Virus record (IMG/VR): IMGVR_UViG_3300025000_000094
Reading direction: 5' to 3' (one strand)
Source of the DNA: an uncultured virus (IMG/VR IMGVR_UViG_3300025000_000094)
Lineage: Duplodnaviria > Heunggongvirae > Uroviricota > Caudoviricetes
DNA: 64,000 bases
The translations under genes were made by a program, and so were the position numbers. The notes beneath the pieces were generated by a model that had not been told where the DNA came from, did no database searches, and was given only the letters and a program-made list of their open reading frames with translations. Positions 29,016 to 38,453 of this stretch are shown here, one piece after another; the first letter of the stretch is position 1; each line of letters starts with the position of its first letter.

Positions 29016-29441
29016 ATGAAGAAAGTAAAGAAAGCGGTTGTTAGGATAGCGAAGAAGATGAAGAAGCCCGAAGTTAAGTTCTTCGGCTTTAAGGTGGTAG
29101 TCCGTGAGGGTGTGAAGCTGATGTCATGCACCAAGGCCGGACTTTCGGTTCAGTACATAACCGACAAGTTCGTGTCTCCCAGGATGTGGGGTGGCCCTCT
29201 GACTGTGTTCGAGAGCAAGTTCCTCGCGATAGGGTTCTGCGAGAAGCTTCTTTCGACCGTCAAAGAAGAAAACATCCGTGTCTATCGCTGCGAATACGTC
29301 CCGACGATGTGTCAGCATGTCTGGCGTTACCGTGACGGCGGACTGAAGTTCAAGAGCATCAACGAACTCCCCGAGAAGTCCATCCTCGCCAAGAGGGTGA
29401 AGCTTCTGAAGCGTGTAAGCAGTAAGATGTTAGAGACCTGA
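29016..29441 (+). CDS. Hypothetical basic protein
   Basis: SD AAGGAGG; GC-richer codons than its neighbours; no tag. Confidence 0.65.
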   Translation: MKKVKKAVVRIAKKMKKPEVKFFGFKVVVREGVKLMSCTKAGLSVQYITDKFVSPRMWGGPLTVFESKFLAIGFCEKLLSTVKEENIRVYRCEYVPTMCQHVWRYRDGGLKFKSINELPEKSILAKRVKLLKRVSSKMLET

Positions 29442-29564
29442 TAGTGCAGAAAAACAGCAACAGCAGACATCGCCTCGTGCATCGTCTGTGGAACCCGGTT
29501 AAAGTCCGAAGATGCTGTAAGACGGTTTTTGCCCATGTTCCGAGCAAAATGTGGGCTTAAATTT

Positions 29565-29803
29565 ATGAAATATAACACTTGTGATACAGTTAATGAAGTT
29601 TCTGAGACTTACCATTCCGGAGAAACTCCCCAAAGAGGGGATTATGTGGTAGTCATAACAAGAGACTCTTCATATTTTGGGAGATACTTTAAAGTTCTAA
29701 GTTTTGAAGGGTTTACTGCGCATTTCCAGGATAGAAAAACGTGTCTATTTTTGGATAAGCTACAAAAAAGACCAAGATACTACTGAGGGTAGTAAGAGAT
29801 TAA
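29565..29803 (+). pseudogene. RVIRD-tag family protein 8, tag in the -1 frame
   Basis: PQRGDYVVV domain; ORF stops at 29786, but the -1 frame reads KKTKILLRVVRD* to 29803; A6 run at 29764-29769. Confidence 0.6.
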
Positions 29804-29804
29804 C

Positions 29805-30143
29805 ATGACATTCCAAAACATACAACCCGGAGACTTTATTCTATTTGCCGCTTCTAATGGGACTAAGTATTACCATAAGATGTGTAAAGATGAAAGAGGG
29901 TGGTATACGTCAGTACATTCTAAGGGAAAGATAGGGAACGAGTCTTGGCCTTATGGATACATTACAATTCCAAATTGGTCTCCAACCCAAAACATATTCC
30001 CGTATTTTGAAATATGGAAATCAAACTGGGATATGTATTATTGCGGAGTAGAGAATGGGAACTCTTTAACTCATATAGATAACCCTTTACCGATTAGTAA
30101 ATTTTATCGTCCAAAAATGAAAAAAAGGGTTATTAGAGACTAA
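29805..30143 (+). CDS. RVIRD-tag family protein 9
   Basis: IQPGDFI; ends MKKRVIRD*. Confidence 0.8.
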   Translation: MTFQNIQPGDFILFAASNGTKYYHKMCKDERGWYTSVHSKGKIGNESWPYGYITIPNWSPTQNIFPYFEIWKSNWDMYYCGVENGNSLTHIDNPLPISKFYRPKMKKRVIRD

Positions 30144-30149
30144 ATTTAC

Positions 30150-30269
30150 CCGACCTAGTCAAACGAGTCCAAGCACCTAGTAAGTAAGAGCGAACGGTCT
30201 GTACGACAATTAGCCACTCCTGAAGAGTCATGGCAGAGTAGACGAAAAGGGTTAGACTCCTCTGGTCGG
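30150..30269 (+). ncRNA. Candidate structured RNA with a hammerhead-like core
   Basis: Closing helices CCGACC/GGTCGG and GAGTC/GACTC; CTGAAGA-GTC..GAC-GAAA core. Confidence 0.4.
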
Positions 30270-30277
30270 CATTTTAT

Positions 30278-30532
30278 ATGAATACATACATAAACGGTAG
30301 ACAACCAAAGATGGGTGATTGTGTTGTTATAGTCAGACATCCAAACGACCACCCATTATTTAAGATGTGGTTTAAATATGTAGTTATAAGAGCAGAAACT
30401 ACGTACGTAAAACTAAATAATAGATATTCTGTTTATTTAGACTATGTAAGTCATTACGACGATTTGACCGATGCTGAAAAAGAGCTGGTCGAAAAGAACT
30501 CAACAGTAGTTAAAAGAGTAATCAGAGACTAA
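30278..30532 (+). CDS. RVIRD-tag family protein 10
   Basis: MNTYING...KMGDCVV; ends VVKRVIRD*. Confidence 0.8.
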   Translation: MNTYINGRQPKMGDCVVIVRHPNDHPLFKMWFKYVVIRAETTYVKLNNRYSVYLDYVSHYDDLTDAEKELVEKNSTVVKRVIRD

Positions 30533-30541
30533 GGAGATAAC

Positions 30542-31018
30542 ATGGAAACTAAGACTAAAGGCGAAGAAATGGTTGCCAAGAGGAATCTGTGCAACTTCAA
30601 GATAAAGCGGGCTGTCGGTGGCGTGGAGATATTCATTAAGTCGGAACTTTACGAGGACTTCTTTAATAAGATTTCCTCCGGCAAGGCGATAAAGGCTCCG
30701 TCCGGTTCGTTCTTCGGAGAGGGCGAGAAGTATTACGACGTTAAGAAGTGCTCAGTACCTCGCTCAGACTACGAGTATGGCGTGTCTGTTGCGGATTACG
30801 GTCGCAGGGAGTTGATTAACCCCGACAACGCGTCTTATGACTTCTCGTTCATTAAGACTGTCGGCATCAAAGACGGAGTGAAGTTCACTGTAAACGGGAT
30901 GTTCCTGCAGGAAGACATCGAACGTCTTCAGAAAGACTTCACTAAGTTCACCAAAGCGTTCTTCATCAACTACGCTAAAGAGAACTCCATAGAAGTCACC
31001 ATAAGCGCGATAGCCTGA
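30542..31018 (+). CDS. Hypothetical protein upstream of the amidoligase
   Basis: 158 aa, SD AAGGAG. Confidence 0.7.
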   Translation: METKTKGEEMVAKRNLCNFKIKRAVGGVEIFIKSELYEDFFNKISSGKAIKAPSGSFFGEGEKYYDVKKCSVPRSDYEYGVSVADYGRRELINPDNASYDFSFIKTVGIKDGVKFTVNGMFLQEDIERLQKDFTKFTKAFFINYAKENSIEVTISAIA

Positions 31019-31032
31019 TACCGGGAGGTATA

Positions 31033-31719
31033 ATGGAAGAGAAGAAACTATACGACAAAAAGTTCGTCCATATAGACAAGGTGGGACTAGAATTAGAGGG
31101 AGGGTGGGAGAATCCCCCGTCTTTCCAGATAGCAGGTGATTCTAGCGTCCACTGTAACGGGAACGAACTGGGAGAGGCTAGGACAGTCCCGCAGGATAAC
31201 CTTAAAGACGTATTCAACGAGATAAACACAAAATATCCCGATGATATAGACGCTTCCTGCGGTATGCACATCCACATAAGTATAAAGAATGGGATGCTTT
31301 TTCAGGTAGCTGATAAGAAGTTCCGCGATTACTTCATATATCGCATGGGATTACTTGCCAAATACCTTAGACATTCCGGCAATGAGACAGACTATAAGCG
31401 GTTCATCGCTAGGTTCAACAATAGCAATACCTATTGCAAGAGAGAGTTCGCACCTAGGGAACAGCTCAGAGGTGGCAACTCTCGTAGGACTATGCTCAAC
31501 TTCTGTGCTTATAGGAAGTATAAGACTGTGGAGTGCCGTCTTCTGCCTATGTTTGAGAATCTTTCAAACGCTAGGATGGCCGCATATGAGGTAGTGGACA
31601 CGTTCGAGAGTTACCTTGAAAAAGAAAGCGTAAACTACGAGCCTGTTGAGGTGGATATAGAGGTTAACAACTCTTTCTTCGTACCCGACAATGTTTCAAT
31701 GGAGGTAATATGTGCGTAA
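31033..31719 (+). CDS. Putative amidoligase (COOH-NH2 ligase, glutamine-synthetase-like fold, Amidoligase_2 type)
   Basis: GLELE, GDSSV, E-x3-P, SCGMHIHIS, R-x2-LN and TVECR motifs in the expected order. Confidence 0.8.
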   Translation: MEEKKLYDKKFVHIDKVGLELEGGWENPPSFQIAGDSSVHCNGNELGEARTVPQDNLKDVFNEINTKYPDDIDASCGMHIHISIKNGMLFQVADKKFRDYFIYRMGLLAKYLRHSGNETDYKRFIARFNNSNTYCKREFAPREQLRGGNSRRTMLNFCAYRKYKTVECRLLPMFENLSNARMAAYEVVDTFESYLEKESVNYEPVEVDIEVNNSFFVPDNVSMEVICA

Positions 31720-32393
31720 TAGTCGCAATGGAAAGCAAGATACCTAGCCTTGAAACACTCAAGCTATGTGAGAAGAAGAACCCTCACGGTGGAGGCATCT
31801 CGTGGGTTCACAAAGATAAGGTGCATTTCAAGAAAGGCATCCAAGCTGAAGAGATACATTCTATCGCAGTAGAGTTCGGCCCGCCTTGTATCGCGCACTT
31901 CCGCATTTCTACAGTCGGAGGTGTACCCAAAAGTCTAGCGCATCCGTTCCCAATACAGAAAGTAATGACTGATGACCTTGAGGGAGAGGCTAGTTCTGTT
32001 CTCTTCCACAATGGTCACTGGAAAGATTGGGAAGAAGAGTGCTATCGCATGGTTCTTGCCAAAGGAGCCAACTTCACAGATGGGGATTGGTCTGATAGTA
32101 AGGCTATGGCATGGCTGACTGCGTGTTCGCATCATTCCTTCCTTGGATTCCTCAAATCACAGAGAGTTGCAATTCAGACCCCAAAAACCAGAATATACTA
32201 CGGTTCTTGGGAGAAGAAAGACGAAACGTGGTATAGTAACCTTAATTGGGAAGAAAAGGATTACTCCAAGTACCGCCACACCGGCAAAATGGATGATACG
32301 TGGTGGGAGAAACATGGTTGGACATATGAAGAAAGCGCCGACGGTGGTGGTGCGTGGATTCCTCCGAGCGAGAAAGTTGGTGATTCCAAATGA
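31710..32393 (+). CDS. Class II (Ntn) glutamine amidotransferase-like protein
   Basis: N-terminal MC nucleophile, NPHGGG, HFRISTVG, HPF, LFHNG, SDS. Confidence 0.88.
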   Translation: MCVIVAMESKIPSLETLKLCEKKNPHGGGISWVHKDKVHFKKGIQAEEIHSIAVEFGPPCIAHFRISTVGGVPKSLAHPFPIQKVMTDDLEGEASSVLFHNGHWKDWEEECYRMVLAKGANFTDGDWSDSKAMAWLTACSHHSFLGFLKSQRVAIQTPKTRIYYGSWEKKDETWYSNLNWEEKDYSKYRHTGKMDDTWWEKHGWTYEESADGGGAWIPPSEKVGDSK

Positions 32394-32608
32394 AAGGATA
32401 CCAGACTGGAACCGTGGTTGAAGTAAGCGGACAAGACGCTATTCTTTCTCAGGTTAATTACGGAGAGATATGCCTTATTGACATACAATCCGGAAATCGT
32501 TGGCATGACCCCATTCCTGTCGACTGTGCAGACACGATACCTATCTCTAAAATAAAGGAGGCGGCGGATTTTGAACCCATAAAGATAAAAATGGCTAGAT
32601 TTGCTTAA
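32390..32608 (+). CDS. Hypothetical protein
   Basis: ATGA-coupled; LIDIQSGNRW. Confidence 0.55.
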   Translation: MKGYQTGTVVEVSGQDAILSQVNYGEICLIDIQSGNRWHDPIPVDCADTIPISKIKEAADFEPIKIKMARFA

Positions 32609-33218
32609 TATGACAACACTTACAATCAAGGGAATAGAGTATAATATAGACTTTATTGAGGATTCGCACGAATACTATGTAAATGGTACAAAAGTTCCGT
32701 GTGTGTCCAACTATCTATCTGATGTTCTTTCCAACAATGAGCCAATCCCTGAGTACGCTATGCCCGCGGTCAAAAGGGGAGTTGTGTTCCATAAGATAAT
32801 AGCCCTTGATTTAACCTGTGGTGTAGATATTCAAAGTATAGATGAAGGTCTTAAGGGTTATTGGGATTCCTACCAGTTGTTTAAATCAGAACACACTTTA
32901 ATTCCTGATGCAGTTGAGGGTATAATTTACAACCCTGTAGAGAATGTCTGCATGACGTTGGATTACCGTGGCATATTAGATTGCTCAAAGAGCCTTGTGG
33001 ATTGGAAAACAGGCGGTATGTATGCAAAGTATAGGGCACAGCTTGGAGGATACTATCGAGGGGCCGTGGAGTGCTTTGGATTTATACCTGAATTACTTGC
33101 CGCGGTACAAATTTTTAAGAATGGTAAAAAAGCTAAAGTTCATGAGTACGACATAAATGACTGTTCCCATAGATGGGGGTCAATACATGAAGTTTATAAC
33201 ATGAGGAGAGAAAGATGA
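32601..33218 (+). CDS. PD-(D/E)XK exonuclease (Cas4/RecB-like)
   Basis: FIEDSHEYY..VPCVS, RGVVFH, TLD...LVDWKTG, QLGGY. Confidence 0.8.
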   Translation: MLNMTTLTIKGIEYNIDFIEDSHEYYVNGTKVPCVSNYLSDVLSNNEPIPEYAMPAVKRGVVFHKIIALDLTCGVDIQSIDEGLKGYWDSYQLFKSEHTLIPDAVEGIIYNPVENVCMTLDYRGILDCSKSLVDWKTGGMYAKYRAQLGGYYRGAVECFGFIPELLAAVQIFKNGKKAKVHEYDINDCSHRWGSIHEVYNMRRER

Positions 33219-33342
33219 AAATATACGCTTGCGACACTTGTCAGCATAAAGAGAACGCGACTTGTCCTTGGGCCATATATATATGGTTCAGATACAACAG
33301 AGAAGTTTGTTCTGATTATAGGAGATTTAAATAGGAGATAAT

Positions 33343-33792
33343 ATGACAGGCTTACAAAAACTGGTGAAACTTTTAGAGAGAGACCTAGATAAAATAACGG
33401 AGATAAGTTGCATTTCCGAGAGCAATAGAATAAAGGGGTATTTAGACTGTGCCCGCCTCCTCCTCTCCCAAGAGCGTGAGCAGACGGAGGGGTTGGTGGA
33501 GGAGTTTAAGAAGTGTGTGGATAGGCATAAAACACATTGGAATAGCCAATGGGCAATAAATACCATGGAAGAAATCCTCTCTCGCTACACCCCCACGGAG
33601 AGCATAGCGGAGAAGCCGCTGGTGATGACTTCCCAAGTATTCTGGCACGATGATGAGGATGGCGGTGGATGGGCGTTTACTGTTAGAAAAGGCAAGGAGG
33701 TTATCAGGCGTGGATGCGCGGACACAAAGGAAGATGCCGAAGCCAAGGCCCGCCAGTATTTAAATTCGTTACCCGACAAGGAGGTGAGATAG
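33343..33792 (+). CDS. Hypothetical protein
   Basis: 149 aa, SD AGGAG. Confidence 0.6.
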   Translation: MTGLQKLVKLLERDLDKITEISCISESNRIKGYLDCARLLLSQEREQTEGLVEEFKKCVDRHKTHWNSQWAINTMEEILSRYTPTESIAEKPLVMTSQVFWHDDEDGGGWAFTVRKGKEVIRRGCADTKEDAEAKARQYLNSLPDKEVR

Positions 33793-33970
33793 ATATGTTG
33801 TTTGGATTAGAGTTGGACAATTATGCCATAACCATTGCGCTTGTAGCTAGTTGCCTTAATTGGGTATTTCTTTGTTGGGCGATAGCCATAGACCCGAGTG
33901 AACACCATAAGGGGCATTGGACTACGAAAGATATATTTGAATACCGCCCCAAGGACAAAGGAGCCTCTAA

Positions 33971-34471
33971 ATGATAATCACGGAGAAAATGTTGAGCAAA
34001 GAAGAAAACCCATGTGATGATGGTCTGGCGTGGTTCAAGAAAGAACCCAACCACGATATGACGGCCTTGGTTAAGTCTGCCATAAAACAGGGTGGAGAAC
34101 CCATGAATTATGTCGGGTGGGGCCTGTGTGCTGTAATGACCAAAGAACAGCGCATAGAGTGGGGCATATTCTCGGCTTATCAGGTAGCGCACCTATGGAA
34201 AGACAAGTCCCCCAAAGAATACGCCATATGGGACGAGTGGGCGAGTGGTAGGGATAGGTCAAACGCCGCTAGGGCCGCCGCTAGGGACGCCGCTAGGGAC
34301 GCCGCTAGGGACGCCGCTTGGAACGCCGCTAGTGACGCCGCTAGGGACGCCGCTAGTGACGCCGCTTGGAACGCCGCTAGGGCCGCCGCTTGGAACGCCG
34401 CCCACAACAAAACGTTAGCCAAAATACTCCGTTACGGGGTTAAGATATTGAACGAGGGAGGGAGGAGATAA
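33971..34471 (+). CDS. Hypothetical protein with AA(R/W/S)(D/N/A) tetrapeptide repeats
   Basis: [11 protein letters not shown]-terminus and about 12 Ala-rich repeats, a common phage family. Confidence 0.7.
   Translation: MIITEKMLSKEENPCDDGLAWFKKEPNHDMTALVKSAIKQGGEPMNYVGWGLCAVMTKEQRIEWGIFSAYQVAHLWKDKSPKEYAIWDEWASGRDRSNAARAAARDAARDAARDAAWNAASDAARDAASDAAWNAARAAAWNAAHNKTLAKILRYGVKILNEGGRR
34262..34402 (+). repeat. Coding 12-bp tandem repeat (consensus GACGCCGCTAGG), about 12 units
   Basis: Read directly. Confidence 0.9.
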
Positions 34472-34472
34472 T

Positions 34473-36836
34473 ATGTTCGGAATAGACAAAATAAAACTAG
34501 ACCTCATACGCCTTTGGAACGCCATAGAGAGGGTGGATAAAACTGCTACTTGCGCTCTTAAAGATGGGGATGTCAGACACGAGGTTGTCCACAGGTTGAA
34601 TAAACAGGTGCAAGAACAGGGGCAAGCCATACACGCGCTATCTGAATATTTGGGGGTAACTTTTACGCACAAGAGCGTGCCAGACCCGTCTATGCTACCC
34701 CCCGCCCCTATCATGATGGAAGTAATGGTCTGTGTCCCCCGCCCGTCCACGACAGGCGAGGAAAAGGGGGAGAAATGAAAGCCAAGGCTTATCCAAGTTG
34801 TAAAGAGTTCCCTTGTGAAAGCATCTCCTGTGATGGTGCCAATATCCTACGGGAAATAGAAGTAGAAATACCCACCGCCGACCTTATCGCAGAACTGGAA
34901 CGGAGGAGGCCGTGTAAAAAATGCGTTACGCAATCCGATATGCGGTGCGTGTCTTGTGTATGGAGCGCAGTTTACTCTATGAATAAAAAAGACAACTTCA
35001 CACCCAAAAGCGAGGAGGTAAAATGAAAGCTAAAACCAAAGAGGCGATAGGGGCAGTAATAGAGGACTTATGCTCTAACGGAATTGGGGACCAGACAGCC
35101 CTCGCAAAAATCTGCGCCATAGTAGAACAGGAGAGGCAGGGGGAATTAGTGATAGCGAATGGACGGGTAGCGCGCAAAATCCACAAAGATAAATGGGCTT
35201 TGATGGTAGGGCGGTTAGGCCGTCTAATTTTCATCCCCGACGAGGTGACGAAATGAGGGCGAACGTGGATAAGGAATGGGCGTTTTTAGTGCTTTCTTTG
35301 GTGTGGGGGATTTTAACTGTGGGATGGTATATATTGGAGGCCAAATGAGCAAGTATATTGTGGAACTGGAAACCAACAATCCGAAGATGGCCGCAAATTA
35401 TACACGGGAAGAACTGGAAAAGATATTTGACAAAGCGCAAGAGGTGGTGGAGGTAGATGCCGTATCAATGCAATACTACGGCGAAACAGAGAATGGAAAG
35501 ATACACGATAAAGACGGGTGGCATGTAAAGTTGTACGCCGCTAAACTGGAGGAGAAGAAATGAAGTTCACACATAAAAGGGTTTTTATAGTTAATGTCCA
35601 CAGAAAATGGGAGGAGGTTGTTAAAAGCATGGAGGATAACGATTGGGAACTGTTCCAAGTAATAAGAGAAGGCGCGGAAGGCTTCTGGACATTCTGGAAA
35701 AAGGAGGCCAAATGACCAACAAAGAGAAGGTGCTAGAGAAAGCGTGGGATTTATCCTTAACGCATCAACTAAAACAAGGGTGGGGTTCGTGCTATGAAGT
35801 TAACTGTCCTAAACTACAGGACGGGCCATGCTTTGACCCTAAAGAGTATATGTGCCGCAGATATATTAAGGCACACTTCCTCTCCCTCGCCGCCAAGTCA
35901 ATAAAGGAGAAAACATGAAAGAGATTATGTTATACGACGGTGAAATAGTAAACGGCAGAATTGGCATATCTAGCGGAGTAGATTCAAGAAAATACCATTT
36001 AATAAAAGACAGAGTGCCTTGTATAATTATGGTGGAAAAGAAATATTTAAAACTGCCAAGAAATAATAAGAACTAATGTGTGGTTGCCACGGGCCAATGC
36101 CGGACATCAAGAATCCGTTACTGCAATACCCGTCTTGTGCATAGCATAGGTAAACACAAGGCCACACCCAATTAAAGGAGAAATAACTATGGCTAAAAAG
36201 AAGATGTGTCCGAAATGGATTAAGCCCTATATGCTTGGTGGCTTAAACTTGTCTGGGGTATGCGTAAATAAAGCATTAGACCCTAGTAGATGCCATAAAA
36301 ACGTAAACGAAAAGTGCGAAATAGTCCAGCCCCGTAAAAAGGATAAGGTTATTAAGGCGTGGGCTTTTAGATATAGGGATAGAGAGGGGTTGCTTAAATT
36401 GTATGCCAATGAGCATAAATCCTCAATGCCAGTAAAAAATATACCCTGTACAATAACCATAAAGGCCGATGCGTGGGATAAGATAAAGGGGGATAAATGA
36501 CATACGCATTATACGGAGTAATGGGAGTGGTTTTGGGGTTTATACTGGGCAGGGTGTCTTTTGAAGAGACAGGCTTATGGAAGTGCCCTATTTGCAAAAA
36601 CTCAACGAATGACAAGTACGAGTGCCCAATTTGCAATAAAAGGAGATATGATGACTAAGATTTTTATATCAGTTGGTTGGTTTTTCATTAATCTATACGG
36701 ATGGGCATATGTTTTACATAATACAGATTCGCGCTCATGGATTATTTTCCCACTTTCTTTAACTTCCGTTATATTTATGCTTTTTAGCTTAGCTATTTTT
36801 ATTTTGTCGGTAATAGAATATGAAGAAAAACACTAA
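34473..36836 (+). other. Run of small, tightly packed hypothetical early genes
   Basis: ORFs 34473, 34775, 35023, about 35345, about 35712, 36189 and about 36648 with SD-like GGAG/GAGG sites and overlapping stops and starts. Confidence 0.6.
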
Positions 36837-36842
36837 ATTAGC

Positions 36843-36872
36843 TTTACAGATTTGGTTGACTTGTAGTATAAT
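36843..36872 (+). promoter_or_regulatory. Candidate promoter for the recombination/replication block
   Basis: TTTACA-18 bp-TATAAT. Confidence 0.55.
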
Positions 36873-36917
36873 TACAAACATTATACTCATAGCCACCATT
36901 ATACTAAACACATAGAC

Positions 36918-37688
36918 ATGGAGAATAAAATGAAGATACAGATAGTTTCGTTGAAAACAAGGTCAAGCAGGAAATCTCCTGTTTCGTCCGCTAACATACT
37001 TAAGGTTGCAGAAGGGCTTTCTTTTAACAAGAAAATGCTTATCAAGAACTGTGAGAATAAGCTCATGGTTTGCGATAGGCTAAAGCACTATGCACTCAAT
37101 CATGGTCTAAACTTCAGTATAACGACCAAGCGTGGGACTAGGACCATAGAGATAGTTAAGGAGAAAAATGCCAAAGCCAAAAAAGATATCCATATTGACA
37201 TGTCCGCGTTGCCGTCAGTCTATTGAGGCTAAGAGCAAATTCTGTAATAGTTGCGGTAGAAGGATAGGTTTTGGCATAAGGTCCGAGAACGAAATAAGAG
37301 CAGCTATTAATAAGCTAGACAATACGTCATTTGTTATTAACGACTTAAGCCTAAAACCCGGTCTAATGTCGGATATTGGTCTTATCAACTATATCCTTCA
37401 TTGGGTCGTAGGAGAAGAAGAAACTGAGCCTACAGATATGTTGGCTAAAGGTCTTCAAAACGACGATAAAGTAAGAGGAAAACAAAAATGAATAAACATC
37501 AGAAGTTTTGGGGAATAGTAAACAATAAAACGTCAAGAGTTAGCAGGAACATGAGTGGGTATAACATATTCCCAACTCGTGAATCTGCTAGGCAGAATAT
37601 GAAGGCTCAGATGAAAAGCAAAAAAGGCAACTACCACGTTGAACTTTTATATGTTGAGGTTGAAACAGCGTCTGGTAAGGAGGAATAA
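36918..37688 (+). other. Three hypothetical genes (36918-37226, 37168-37491 with Zn ribbon, 37488-37688)
   Basis: Co-oriented, coupled ORFs; CPRC...CNSC in the second. Confidence 0.55.
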
Positions 37689-38335
37689 TGAGTGAATTAC
37701 ACGAAGCGTTGCTTGAGGTGCAGAAAGAGATAAAACCTGTTAAAAAGACAGTTAATAATCATTTCTTTAAGTCAAAGTACGCAGACCTTGAGTCGGTTGT
37801 AGAGGCTGTTATGCCTGTTTTATCCAAAAATGGCATAGCTTCCGAACAAACGACCTATGTCGAAAATGGCATAACTATTCTTAGGACTAAGCTTGTGTAT
37901 GCTAAGACAGGAGAGGAAATCCATAGCGATATGCCTCTTATATGCAAAGACCCAAATGACCCTCAGAAGGTTATAGCCAGTCTTACGTATATGAGACGGG
38001 CTTCTTTGACCACAATATGCGGCCTTGCAACACAGGATGATGATGGCAACACGGCATCCGGTAAAGAAGAGCCTAAAACTGGTCTTAAAGTACCTGCTCC
38101 GCTTAAGAAATTAACTGAAGATAAAATAGACAATACCAAATTAGTAACATTTGTGTCTTCTTCTTTTGATTCTCAGGCAGGAGTTTACATAATGAAGACA
38201 GTCCGTGGGGACGTTTATTATACCGAAAAGGAGGTACTAGCCAAGATAGTTCGCAACAGTTTCGGTAAAGCGTTGAAGATATCTATGACTGTCAACAACG
38301 AGATGCAAAACATCTTGCTAGAGGTTCTTGCATAG
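37688..38335 (+). CDS. erf: ERF family ssDNA-annealing protein
   Basis: NHFFKSKYADLESV...DPQKVIASLTYMRRASL...DDDGN. Confidence 0.9.
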   Translation: MSELHEALLEVQKEIKPVKKTVNNHFFKSKYADLESVVEAVMPVLSKNGIASEQTTYVENGITILRTKLVYAKTGEEIHSDMPLICKDPNDPQKVIASLTYMRRASLTTICGLATQDDDGNTASGKEEPKTGLKVPAPLKKLTEDKIDNTKLVTFVSSSFDSQAGVYIMKTVRGDVYYTEKEVLAKIVRNSFGKALKISMTVNNEMQNILLEVLA

Positions 38336-38453
38336 TGTCTTTGTTGTGGTGGTTGGTGTGCATATTGGTAATGATACTTGTAGCCGTTAATTGGGACGGC
38401 TGATTGACTGGAGGCTCAGATTGAGGGAGGTCTGGGCCTCTATAATTTATATT

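Noticed and set aside
26600..30532. CRISPR array, integron attC cassettes or DGR repeats as the explanation for the recurring AAAAGAGTAATCAGAGACTAA-like sequence
   Set aside because: Copies vary at synonymous positions, are not palindromic and are irregularly spaced by whole genes; no cas, integrase or reverse transcriptase gene is in the window
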